From: Octopus vulgaris
Lineage: Eukaryota
Reading direction: 5' to 3'
Assembly (NCBI GenBank): GCA_951406725.2
Contig: OX597814.1
Span: forward strand, 184,326,001 to 184,390,000
Length of the DNA stretch: 64,000 bases
Positions 1 through 11,362 of the stretch are shown one piece after another; positions within the stretch are counted from its first letter, which is position 1; every line of letters begins with the position of its first letter. The notes under the pieces were generated by a model that saw only the letters and a list, made by a program, of their open reading frames with translations, ran no database searches and was not told the origin of the DNA. Both the position numbers and the translations under genes were made by a program.

Positions 1-20
1 TATTTATATAAATTTATATA

Positions 21-762
21 TCTATATCTATAAAAAAACAGGATGTGTGTGTGTACGTGAATGTAATTCATGCATGTCCACAAATTAGCACGCACGTCGC
101 TCCAATTTTAGGAGGACATTGGTCACGATCATGGCTGTGCTTTTTTCAACTTACTTCCCCGAGACTCCTGTAGATAGCGGAAAAAAATCGATTTTCAGTT
201 ATAACTTTTACCAAATTTGAACATGAGTTAAGTCCCCTTCTTGCAGTGGCGAATAGTATTGTGCGTGGGAGAGAGAAGGTGTGTGTTGATGTGTGTGTGT
301 GTGTGAGGGAGAGAGAGTGACAGCGTACATTGTTAAAGTCTTTTTCCTTGCATCTTTTTTGAGTGAGTAATTGACTGAGAGAGAGTGTGTGTGTGTGTGT
401 GTGTGTGTGTGATAGCATACACCCTCTCTCTTTCTCTTTCTCTCTCACTCTGTCAAACACACTGAAAAAAGATGCGAGGAAAAGTAAATAAATAAAATTA
501 ACGCTATCTCTCTTTCACACACACAGCAACACACACTTCCCCCCTCTCTCTCTCTCTCTCAGTCAATCACTCACACACTGACTAAAAAAAGGATGCGAGG
601 AGAAATAAATTTTTTTTTAATGTACGCTCTGTGTGTATGTGTTTGAGTGTATGAAGGAAAGAGTAACAGCTTACAATTTTAAAATTTACTTTTCCTCGCA
701 TCTTTTTTGAGTAAATGAGTGATTGATTGACTGAGCGAAAGAGAGAGAGATAGCGTGTTGTC

Positions 763-800
<38 letters not shown>

Positions 801-975
801 TGTATGTGAGACAGAGAGAGAGAGATAGCGTGTTGTCGGAAAGAGAGAGAGAGAGAGAGAAAGTGTGTATGTGAGACAGAGAGAGAGAGAGATAGCGTGT
901 TGTCGGAAAGAGAGAGAGAGAGAGAGAGAGAAAGTGTGTATGTGAGACAGAGAGAGAGAGAGATAGCGTGTTGTC

Positions 976-1010
<35 letters not shown>

Positions 1011-1057
1011 AAGTGTGTATGTGAGACAGAGAGAGAGAGAGATAGCGTGTTGTCAGA

Positions 1058-1090
<33 letters not shown>

Positions 1091-1295
1091 AGTGTGTATG
1101 TGAGACAGAGAGAGAGAGAGAGATAGCGTAAATTTTATTTATTTACATTTTCTCGCATCTTTTTTAGTGTGTTTGACTGAGAGAGTGAGAGAGAGAGAGA
1201 GAGGGGCGTTACACTATCTCACACCCCCTCTCTCTCTCTCTTTCAGTCAATCACTCGCTCAAAAACGATGCGAGGAAAAATAAATTTTTAAAACG
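21..1295 (+). mobile_element. Probable non-autonomous Helitron 5' portion with microsatellite-rich internal repeats
   Basis: Starts A|TCTATATCTATAAAA followed by a GT-rich tract, like the Helitron starts at 56046, 56770 and 48786. The interior has a module (TTTTCCTCGCATCTTTTTT..GATTGACTGAGAGAG) repeated in both orientations. No 3' hairpin+CTAG found. Confidence 0.4.
745..1130. repeat. Tandem repeat, about 5 units: GATAGCGTGTTGTCGGAAA(GA)n-AAGTGTGTATGTGAGACA(GA)n
   Basis: Units directly visible, with variable GA lengths. Confidence 0.9.
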
Positions 1296-1777
1296 TACGT
1301 GGTCACTCTCTCGCTCTGCCTCACACACACACACACACACACACACATCAACACACACCTTCTCTCTCTCACACACATTCACATACACATACTTTCTATG
1401 TTGCATCCCACCATCAACATATACATACGTCCCTGTCATTTTCTCTCTCTTTCACTTTATGCTGGCATCAAACGAAATGTACATTTCCAGTTCAAAAAAA
1501 ACAAACAAATTTTTTTACGGAATCTACAGAACGCTGTACCTTAACAGCTGATAGATCATTGACAACTCTGTGACTCAAAACAAAGGATAATCCTCGCTGA
1601 AACTTATCTCCTGCCATATAATCTTCGATGATATAATGATATCAGAAATAAATTACTGCTTTAATCCACCCTCTCAAAAAAACCAATCATCCAATGAGTG
1701 GACACCTCAAACGGCACGTTTTCACTCAAAACAACAAATGGAATAAAGAGTACATGCATCACAACAACAATAACACC

Positions 1778-1830
<53 letters not shown>

Positions 1831-1933
1831 CTTACAATATATCCTATTGTTAAGAAAATTTTACACAATCATTCAATAAAACTCAAATTGGAGAAAGAGT
1901 ACACGCTTTATCCGCCTAAACAGTGCAATATAC

Positions 1934-1984
1934 TCTTTTACTTGTTTCAGTCATTTGACTGCGGCCATGCTGGAGCACCGCCTT
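1934..1984 (-). mobile_element. SINE family A 3' tail fragment
   Basis: Reverse complement of GGCGGTGCTCCAGCATGGCCGCAGTCAAATGACTGAAACAAGTAAAAGAG. Confidence 0.85.
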
Positions 1985-1989
1985 TGATC

Positions 1990-2128
1990 ACCACCCCCTG
2001 CCGGAGCCTCGTGGAGCTTTTTAGGTGTTTTCGCTCAATAAACACACACAACGCCCGGTCTGGGAATCGAAACCGCGATCCTGCGACCGCGAGTCCGCTA
2101 CCCTAACCACTAGGCCATTGCGCCTCCA
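1990..2128 (-). mobile_element. SINE family C (tRNA-derived), 5' part
   Basis: Minus strand TGGAGGCGCAATGGCCTAGTGGTTAGG (A box) ... GGTTTCGATTCCC (B box); homologous to 4504-4800. Confidence 0.85.
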
Positions 2129-2282
2129 TATGATTTGATTTTGATTTTTCCAGTTTCAGCTAATGAGCTGTGGCCATGCTGGGGTACCGCCATTTGGTTT
2201 GCTACACGATTTTAACTCACGGATGCTTTTTAGCAAACGCCATCTGATGCATGAGAGAGTTCGATGCAGCTGCCCTCATATA

Positions 2283-2912
2283 TATATTCATTTAAGAGAA
2301 GAAAATAGAGAGTTAATTGTTAATAATCTATTTATTAAAGTAGCTGTATACTGTCAACTTAATGTGACAGTCTCATGAAGGGAATAATACTACTGCTATT
2401 TAGCCCTAGGAAGCAGCACCGCTTCCTGTCAACATTAAGTTGACAGCATGCAACTACTTTATTGTATCACTACTGCATAAATCTCTTTGAGAAATTTAGA
2501 AATGTATTATTTCTATGAATCTATTTATTAACATATTGATAATCATTCCTACATATGTTTCAATCTAAACTCAGTTCATAAATTAGAAATGTATGTAATA
2601 AATTTGCATTTATAAGTTGTAAGCAAAATATCATGAGGAAAATATTAGACATTAAAGAATTTGTTCTTTCCAACAGACTAAATTTAGGCTGATTTAGTTT
2701 GTTGGAAAGAACAAATTGTTCCCCATGAAATTATTTATGTCAAATATTTCCCTGATGTTATTTTGCTCACAACTTATAAATGCGGTTTATTACATATATT
2801 TATAATTTATTAATTGAGTATACAGTGAAACAATTTGCAGGAATGATTATCAATATGTTAATAAATTAATTATGAACCATTACCTCTCCATTTTCTTCTC
2901 TTAATTGAATAT
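2283..2912. repeat. Large diverged fold-back palindrome with a nested insertion in the left arm
   Basis: 2292-2338 pairs with about 2859-2904; 2521-2683 pairs with about 2692-2866; centre near 2687. Confidence 0.85.
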
Positions 2913-3530
2913 AGATTACATGCGTAATGTATACCTATTTATTTCAGGGAATTTTGTCCCCAGTAATATAAGGTATAAAGCCAGTGTAATTTTGGATATA
3001 ATCATCCCTTCAAGGGGTTACTATATCCTAGCATTAACTTATATATATTATCGTTCACATAACCTTTATATATATATGCAATGTGAGGAATAATATTTTG
3101 AAAAAAAAGTGTTTAATATATAACTTCATATGTTTTGTGTGTGTGTGTGTCTTTTGAGCAAAACTTTTGAATGTTGTTCAACTGCTTTAGCATCTGTAAC
3201 TACCATCCACTCCCATCCATTTTGTTGTTTTGCTCTTCTTTCCTTAGCGTATCCGACGAACTACAAATTGCGTTTTATTATATGTAAGATTGCTTCTTTG
3301 CTATAAAATGTAAAATCTTTTCGATATAAGTGACGCTTATTTTTATGGTGCGATAATAAAGATCAATTTTAACTTTCGTTCGTTCAGATTTGATAAAATT
3401 TAAATTACCAGTGAAGTACAGAAATCGAAGATGTTAGCTTATTCCCTTTCCTCAAAATTGTTTACCTTGTTTACCTTGTTCCAAAATCGGAAAACATTCT
3501 TACTGCTTTCAGTTATTGCATCTGGCTAAT

Positions 3531-4073
3531 AATCCTTTCTACTATAGGCAGCAGGCCTGGATTTTGTGGGGAGGGAACAGTCGATCACACTGACACCAAT
3601 ACTCAACTGATATTTTATTTATCGACATCGAAAGGATGAAAGGCAAAGTCAACCTGGACGGAATTTAAACTCAGAACGTAGCGGCAGACGAAATACCTAT
3701 TTCTTTACTACCCACAAGGGACTAAACACAGTAGGGACAAACAAGGACAGACAAAAGGATTAAGACGATTATATCGACCCCAGTGCGTAACTGGTACTTA
3801 TTTAATCGACTCCGAAAGGATGAAAGGCAAAGTCAACCTCGGCGGAGTTTGAACTCAGAACGTAACGGCAGACGAAATACCTATTTCTTCACTACCCACA
3901 AGGGGCTACACACAGCGAGAACAAACAAGGACAGACAAACGGATTAAGTCGATTATATCGACCCCAGTGCGTAACTGGAACTTAATCGACCTCGAAAGGA
4001 TGAAAGGCAAAGTCGACCTCAGCGGAATTTGAACTTTATATTTAGCCCCTTGTGGGCAATAAAGAAATAGGTA
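3531..4073 (-). mobile_element. SINE family B concatemer (about 3 units), with an inverted tail piece at 4038-4073
   Basis: Repeated ATCGACCCCGAAAGGATGAAAGGCAAAGTCGACCTCGGCGGAATTTGAACTCAGAAC; junction GAAATACCTATTTCTT occurs twice. Confidence 0.9.
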
Positions 4074-4503
4074 AACTAGCACCCCGGCAAAAGAGACCGA
4101 TAGAATAAATACCAGGCTTAGCAAAAGCATTAAATACTGGGGTTGCTACATCAAAGAATTGGCCGCAGTCTAATGACTGAAGCAAGTTAAAAATAAGAGA
4201 TACTTAAATAAGTATCGAGGTTGATTTAGTGAACACTTTGAGACAGTGTCCCAAGTCTGCAGTCTAGGAACTGAAAAGTAAGGGAATAAAAGAAAATAAT
4301 TACTTTTTCCTATATATTAATATGCAGGTAGGCATCAGTTTTTGTTTTATGTAACACTATATATTAAAAACAATTGTATGTTACATGTATCGGAAAATGC
4401 ATATTACGAGAATCTTTAAACTTTAATCTTGATTTCATTCAGTATGTCAATATTCCCTCACATTAAGTAAAGATGATTCCCTCATATTAAGTAAAGATGA
4501 TTA

Positions 4504-4805
4504 GTGGAGGCACAATGCCTAGTGGTTAGAGCACACGGACTCGCGGTCGAGGGATCACGTTTTGAATCTCAGACCGGACGATGTGTGTGTTTATGAGCGA
4601 AACACCTAAGCTCCACGCGGATCCGACTGAAGGTAATGGTGAACTTCTGCTGACTCATTCGCCACAACATTCTCTCACTCTTTCCTCCTGCATCTTGCAG
4701 CTCACCTGCGACGAACCGGCGTCCCGTCCAGGAGGAGAACCTATACGCCAAGGAAACCGGGGAAACCAGCCCTTATAAGCCAGGCAGAAGGAACAAACAA
4801 AACAT
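4504..4805 (+). mobile_element. SINE family C, full length
   Basis: tRNA-like head with A and B boxes; TSD AGATGATTA at 4495-4503 and 4806-4814. Confidence 0.85.
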
Positions 4806-4892
4806 AGATGATTAAATTGAAGCACACAAAAACATTTACAGACATAACACATAACACAGATAGATATAGAGAGCTACAGTGTGTGCGCGCGC

Positions 4893-4930
<38 letters not shown>

Positions 4931-4970
4931 ATAGAGTGAAAAAAGAGGGAATGAGAAACTTATGTGACAT

Positions 4971-5500
4971 AAAATTCTTCACTGATTACATAACTCCAAA
5001 AATTCAATAAAAATTCATTACTTCCTAGCTTCAAAATTTCTTAAGAATTTTAAATTTTACCACTTGCATCAAACCAGTGTTTGCCAAACTGAATTATCAA
5101 GTAGAGATTATATTTTATATTTAGGAAACTCCAAGTTAAACTTTTGTTTAAAGTATTATATTTTAATATTCCCTTATAATTTTAATATCTCTTAATAAAA
5201 TATAAAAATCCAAATAAATGAATAAAGAAAACATGCGCGGAATTGTACCCCAAAATTCTTCACTATCTACACATTACTTCAAAAATTAAATCGAAATATT
5301 TCTTTCGTATCACCTCCCCCACTTACCTACTCAGCGCTAGCCTTCAATCATATATTTTTGAATTTCTAATTTTACCATTTACATCAAACTGTTATGTAAC
5401 AAACTGAATTACGTATTATAGATTATATAATTCATATTGCAAGAAACTTTATTTAAAAATTTTATTTAAATCTCTCTTTTAATATTTCCTTATAATTTCT
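4971..5500. repeat. Old diverged tandem duplication, two units of about 280 bp
   Basis: AAAATTCTTCACT...TAATTTTACCA.TT.CATCAAAC...CAAACTGAATTA...AGATTATAT...TTTTAATATT.CCTTATAATTT recurs from 4971 and 5252. Confidence 0.75.
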
Positions 5501-5518
5501 GAAAATTCATAACTCATA

Positions 5519-5689
5519 GGCGTAGGAGTGGCTGTGTGGTAAGTAGCTTGCTTATAAACCACATGGTTCCGGGTTCAGTCCCACTGCGTGGTACCTTGAG
5601 CAAGTGTCTTCCACTATAGCCTCGGGCCGACCAGAGCCTTGTGAGTGGATTTGATAGACAGAAACTGAAAGAATCCCGTCGTATATATG

Positions 5690-5734
<45 letters not shown>

Positions 5735-5992
5735 ATATATGTATCTATGTATGTATGTATGTATGCATGTGTGTGTATATGTTTGTGTGTCTGTGTTTGT
5801 CCCCCCCCAACATCGCTTGACAACCTATGCTGGTGTGTTTATGTCCCCGTAACTTAGCGGTTCGGCAAAAGAGACCGATAGAATATGTACTAGGCTTCTA
5901 AAGAATAAGTCCTGGGGTCGATTTGTTCGACTAAAGGCGGTGCTCCAGCATGGCCACAGTCAAATTACTGAAACAAGTAAAAGAGTAAAAAG
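5519..5992 (+). mobile_element. SINE family A, full length, with internal (TA)/(TATG) microsatellite
   Basis: tRNA-like head GGCGTAGGAGTGGCTGTGTGGTAAG..GGGTTCAGTCCC; tail hairpin plus AAGTAAAAGAG repeats; short TSD TAACTCA. Confidence 0.92.
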
Positions 5993-6311
5993 TAACTCAA
6001 AGACAATGTACACGCACGTACTTATACAGATACATACATATTCTCCAATATGTTCTTGACCCCTATAGGTTCCACACGAAACAGCCTTAGTAATTTAACT
6101 ATTCCACTGGCCCTTCCTCCCATTCTAATTTGTTCTTTACATATTCATCCACCCATTATTAAACTTCAACCATATTTCTAAGATAATTTTCCATCGCTAC
6201 AAAGCAGTACAATTACATTCTTTTTCTCTTTCCTACAGAATTTACCTCTGAGTTGTAAATTGTTTCTCTAACATAATTTTATTGAAATTATCTTTTATTA
6301 TAGGTTGAATA

Positions 6312-6549
6312 GTGGAGGCGTGTGGCTTAGTGGTTAGGGTATCGAACTCGTGATTGTAAGGTTGTGGTTTCGATTCCTGGACCGGACACTTCATTTTCAC
6401 ATTTCTCCAGTCCACTCAGCTGGCAAAATATAAGTAATCCTGCGACGGATCGGCGTCCCGTCCAGGTGGGGAATTTCTACGCCACTGAAACCGGGGAACG
6501 GCCCTTATGAACCTGGCATGGATCGAGAAGGAACATTTACTATCTTTTT
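6312..6549 (+). mobile_element. SINE family C variant
   Basis: A/B box head; TSD TAGGTTGAATA at 6301-6311 and 6550-6560; homologous to 10626-10875. Confidence 0.88.
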
Positions 6550-6634
6550 TAGGTTGAATAAACTATTGAACGAAACTTGAAATCACAATTAAATATTATT
6601 TTCTTCTAAAATGCATGGTATACATACATGCATT

Positions 6635-6775
6635 ACGATGGGCTTCATATAGTTTCCGTTTACCAAGGGTTTGGTCGGCCTGAAGCAATAATAGAATTTA
6701 CTTTTTCAATATGCCACTTAGTGGGACTGAAACCGGAACCATGTGGTTGAGCAGCAAAGTCTTGCCATGCAGCTA
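6635..6775 (-). mobile_element. Degenerate SINE family A 5' half
   Basis: GTGGGACTGAAACCGGAACCATGTGGTTG matches the family A head. Confidence 0.7.
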
Positions 6776-8073
6776 TTTAATCGGTTGAAGCCAAAATTGC
6801 CTGTCGAATACTACCTGTTTCTCTTCACAAATTGATTCTTCATCTCATCATTCTAGAAGCAAAATTTGATGGTGTTGTAATGTGACAGATGGAGGTTTTC
6901 TCCTATCGGCTAAGCAATAAGGTAAGCAGATTTTCTTCTCATTATTTAGCGGAAATTTCCTTTCAATGTCGCTTATTTACAATCCTTATTTAGCAATAAA
7001 TCGTGGGCCTTTTATGGGTTTCGAAGGAGATAACTCTAGATACAAAACGAAAACGAAAACGAAAAAAGAAAAAACATGGATTACTTATTTAAGATAGCAT
7101 GAGAATAAATCTGGAAGAAATGTATTTGCGAAAAGAAAAAAAGAAGAAGGGATAGATGGAGATAAAAGACATGGAATTAAAAAGAAACAGTGAATAATAC
7201 AGGAGATGAATAGTAAATAATAGACCACTTTCATTGACTACTGAGTCAGTATAAAGTCATTACCAATCTTAGCGTGTAGATGTTTTCATAGATTGTATCA
7301 TCTACTCAGTTCATAGTTTACTCACAGCTCGTGTCGTTGCTTAAAGGACTGACACAGAACTGGATCGTAGTTAGTAAGTGAACTGTTTACTTTGATTGAG
7401 AATCAATATAAGAACTAAGAAAAGCTCCTCAACATGCAGGCCTTGCTATGCAATTAGCTAACATTTAACACCTTAAGGTTCCTCTATTCAGGAGGATCTT
7501 ATCATTTTATACGTCACGATATAATCTTGCATTGTAAATTAGATATAGTATTTTTAAATGGTGGTTGTATGCATGCACGATTAATGCAAATGAACACCCC
7601 ATCCATTCTATTAAATTCGAGCAAAATGTCGGGTAGATTGTTGTACTTCGACACGCAAATGATGCCATTGCATATGTGAAGCAAAGACAATATTTTAGTA
7701 TGTACTTGATCAATCTTAGCTTGCTTCTAAATATGTCATGACGATTTTGAGCTGGGCTTTGTTAGTTCACCAGATGACCGATAGTTCTCGGTATACGTAA
7801 CAAAACTATATAACGTAGCTCAGCTGGATTTTAATTGAATATTACTATCATTCTCCAAATTGCTGTAACATGTAATGCTTGTGTAAAGCATAAAATATTA
7901 ATTTAGTAGCATATAGAGACACATCACAGTTAGACAAGTTATATTTTCCTCTCACAAATCTCATATATAACCTCACAACTTTTTTTGTTTTCATTAGAAG
8001 CTTCTATTCAAATATTGTAGGTGTAACTTGTAAAACATTCTTTCCGACATGGTCTAGATTACTTTGTTTAATG

Positions 8074-8330
8074 TAGTGTATATTTAAACACAAGAGAAAA
8101 CTACCTTTAACAGGTAGTTTCTGCACGCTAGAAGAAGCAGTCAAAACGACCAAAACCACATTTAACAGCAATTTTTCAAGGGAATGAAAAATAAAAAACT
8201 TTTACCTTGCTATTTTTTTTACGGTTACATCTAGGTTTCAGATTTCTTCAGCACATAAAATAATTTGCTAGGCGAATCCTCATCAATTACCTGTTAAGGG
8301 TTGTTTTCTCTTGTGTTTAAATGTACACTA
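8074..8330. mobile_element. MITE-like element with 46-bp terminal inverted repeats and TA ends
   Basis: TAGTGTATATTTAAACACAAGAGAAAACTACCTTTAACAGGTAGTT versus the reverse complement of 8285-8330, about 4 mismatches. Confidence 0.75.
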
Positions 8331-8466
8331 TTTTATATTTAGAATATGTTGTCTATTGACTTTTTATACTTGCTAGGCCACACTGGTGGTGAAATTTCTA
8401 AAAATATTTGCCATCCTACATATATATTTTACGAATATGTATATTACATGTATATAGATATGTCTA

Positions 8467-8660
8467 AGGCTGCGAGCTGGCAGAATCGTTAGCACGCCGG
8501 GTAAAATGTTTAGCAGCATTTCGTTCGTCCTTACGTGCTGATTTCAAATTCCACCGAAGAAGCTTTTTCCTTTCATCATTTCGGGGTCGATAAGTTAAGT
8601 ACCAGTGTTTCACTGGTTTCGTTGTAATCGACCAGGCCTTGTGCCTTTAGTAGAACGGAT
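8467..8660 (+). mobile_element. SINE family B monomer
   Basis: AAGGCTGCGAGCTGGCAGAATCGTTAGCACGCCGGG head; TTTCATC.TTTCGGGGTCGATAA core. Confidence 0.85.
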
Positions 8661-8969
8661 ATGTGTGTGTGTGTGTGTGTGTGATTGTTAATACGAATTG
8701 CTTAGTGAATTATTGACTCTGGTTTCATATACTTGTTTCCACACCCACCACGTGGGAAACAGATTGAAGAGATGATTGATAAAGCTGTTATTATTGTTGC
8801 TCCTCTTTTGTTCCAAATCATCTCTGATCAAGCCAGTTCTTTACCGAATGTATTCTTGATGTAACCAGCTTGTTTTTCTCTATTAGTAGGAAAACTAAGA
8901 ATACCTTACCCTGTGTATGCTTTTCTAATACGATGGGATGGATTTTGAAGGAGATTAATCAGCCATTAA

Positions 8970-9567
8970 AGGCGGCGAAATGACAGAAACGTTAGCACGC
9001 CGGGCGAAATGCTTAGCGGTATTTCGTCTGCCGCTACGTTGTGAGTTCAAATTCCACGGAGGTCGACTTTGTCTTTCATCCTTTCGGGGTCGATTAAATA
9101 AGTACCAGTTACGCACTGGGGTCGATGTAATCGGCTTAATCCGTTTGTCTACCCTTGTTTGTCCTCTCTGTGTTTTACCCCTTGTGGGTAATAAAGGAAT
9201 AGGTATTTCTCTGCCGCTACGTTCTGAGTTCAAATTCCGCCGAGGTCGACTTTGCCTTTCATCCTTTCGGGGTCGATAAATTAAGTACCACTTACGCACT
9301 GGGGTCGATATAATCGGCTTAATCCGTTTGTCTGTCATTGTTTGTCCTCTCTGTGTTTAGCCCCTTGTGGGTAGTAAAGAAATAGGTATTTCATCTGCCG
9401 CTAAGTTCTGAGTTCAAATTCCGCCGAGGTCGACTTTGCCTTTCATCCTTTCGGGGTCGATAAATTAAGTACCAGTTACGCACTGGAGTCGATGTAATCG
9501 GCTTAATTCGTTTGTCTGTCCTTGTTCGTCCCCTCTATGTCTAGCCCCTTGTGGGTAGTAAAGAAAT
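8970..9567 (+). mobile_element. SINE family B trimer flanked by an 18-bp TSD
   Basis: Three units of about 182 bp; TSD AGATTAATCAGCCATTAA at 8952-8969 and 9568-9585. Confidence 0.95.
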
Positions 9568-10080
9568 AGATTAATCAGCCATTAATCAAGTAGATGGAGC
9601 GTGCATGTAGAAGCTCCCCCATATGCTTATGTGCGGAATAGTGTCTCGTAGTCTCTTTACCGGGGCATCATAACTTCTATAGTAAATTAACATTAACCGT
9701 CTTGAACATTAAATTCACGCAGATAGATTAGAGAGAAATCATTACTTAAAAGCCACCAGCTAAAAGAGAAATTACAACTATTGTGTTATTAAATATCGTG
9801 TAAAGGAATGTAAAGTTGAAAAAAATATACATAACAAAAAAAAAGGTGAAAACGAAGAATAAATAATGTTTAAGCATTTTTGATATTGTCAACTCTTAAA
9901 GAAAAGAACTTATCAAAAGAGAACTAAAATTGCATAAATATAAAAAAGAGAAAAAAAAAAATAAAAATTTTAAAAAAGCAACCGAAATATTTTTGGACAC
10001 TAATTGAAAGTGTGTTGTGGTTGATGTTCTTGTTGTCGTTAATGCGGTTGTTGTTGGTAATCTTATTGTTGCTGCGTCGC

Positions 10081-10082
10081 CG

Positions 10083-10121
<39 letters not shown>

Positions 10122-10441
10122 CCATCATCACCACCACCACCACCACCACCATCATGATCATCATCATCAACATCATCATCATCATCATTATCATCATCAT
10201 CATCATCATCAATGTGGTCGTCGTAGTCGTCGATGCTGTTGTTGTTGTTGTTGTTGTTATCACTTTATGTTTAGATATTGGCAACATATTGAATGAAGAA
10301 TAGTCTGCAACAAAAGAACGTTTTATTTTTTCAAAATTAATTATTGCTCTTTTCACTTCATATAACTTTGAAATAGAAAATAGCAGTAATTAGCAGGACT
10401 GCTGCTACAAATCATCGCCATCTTCAGCAGCAGCAGCACCT

Positions 10442-10508
<67 letters not shown>

Positions 10509-10587
10509 CAGCAGCAGCGGCGGCAGCGGCGGCTGCGGAGGTGGTGGTGGTGGTGGTGGTGGTAGTAGTAGTGGTGGTGGTGGTGGT
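10081..10587. repeat. Trinucleotide microsatellite clusters (CAT/CAC, TGT, CAG, TAG, TGG)
   Basis: Visible directly; they explain the poly-His, poly-Met and poly-Tyr ORFs. Confidence 0.95.
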
Positions 10588-10625
10588 ATATGTGTTGCTT
10601 TTTTAATATCGGCACAAGAGATGAA

Positions 10626-10875
10626 GTGGAGGCGCGTGGCTTAGTGGTTAGGGTGTCAGCATCATGATCGTAAGATCGTGGTTTCAATTCCTGGACCGGG
10701 CGACACGTTGTGTTCTTGAGGAAAACACTTAATTTTACGTTGTGCAGTCCACTCAGCTGGCAAAAATGAGTAATCTTACGACGGACCGGCGTCCCGTCCA
10801 GGTGGGGAATTTCTATGCCACTGAAACCGGGAAACCGGCCCTTATGAGGCGGTATAGCTCGAGAATGTAACTAAA
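10626..10875 (+). mobile_element. SINE family C variant
   Basis: GTGGAGGCGCGTGGCTTAGTGGTTAGG head; GCGTCCCGTCCAGGTGGGGAAT shared with 6312. Confidence 0.85.
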
Positions 10876-10895
10876 CTACTTTATACTCTAACAAT

Positions 10896-11362
10896 TCTTA
10901 TTTCTTTATTGCTCACAAGGGGCTAAACATAGATGGGGACAAACAAGGACAGAAAAAGAGATTAAGTCAATTACATCGACTCCAGTGCGTAACTGGTACT
11001 TAATTTATCGACCGCGAAAGGATGAAAGGCAAAGTCGACCTCGGCGGAATTTGAACTCAGAACGTAACGGCAGACGAAACACCGCTAAACATTTCACCCG
11101 GCGTGCTAACGTTTCTGTCAGCTCGCCGCCTCATGGGCTAACGATTCTACCAATCCACTACTCTGAGTAATACTGGCTTCAAATTTTTGGCACAAGGCCA
11201 GCAATTTCGGAGAGGGAAAAAGTCGATCAAATCAACGCTAGTGTTTAACTGGTATTTATCTCATCGAGAAAGAAGACGAAAAGCAAATTCAACTTCGGCG
11301 GAATTTGAATACTGCTAAACATTTTGCCCTTCGTGGTAACGATTCTGCCAACTCGCCGCCTT
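10896..11362 (-). mobile_element. Two adjacent SINE family B copies
   Basis: Family B core and heads at about 11131 and 11362. Confidence 0.85.

Noticed and set aside
745-1130. CRISPR-like repeat-spacer pattern
   Set aside because: The spacers are GA microsatellite rather than unique sequence; eukaryotic context; no cas genes.
4504-4580. tRNA genes at SINE heads (also 2055-2128, 6312, 10626, 27673, 32470)
   Set aside because: They continue into SINE bodies, several with TSDs, and the acceptor stems are degenerate.
8955-9338. Recurring ORFs such as WYLIYRPRKDERQSRPRRNLNS and [14 protein letters not shown]
   Set aside because: Translations of SINE B and SINE A consensus sequence, not a protein family.
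10012-10296. Signal-peptide-like start followed by poly-His (His-rich protein?)
   Set aside because: Non-ATG start and built from TGT/CAT repeats; the same pattern occurs at 35512.
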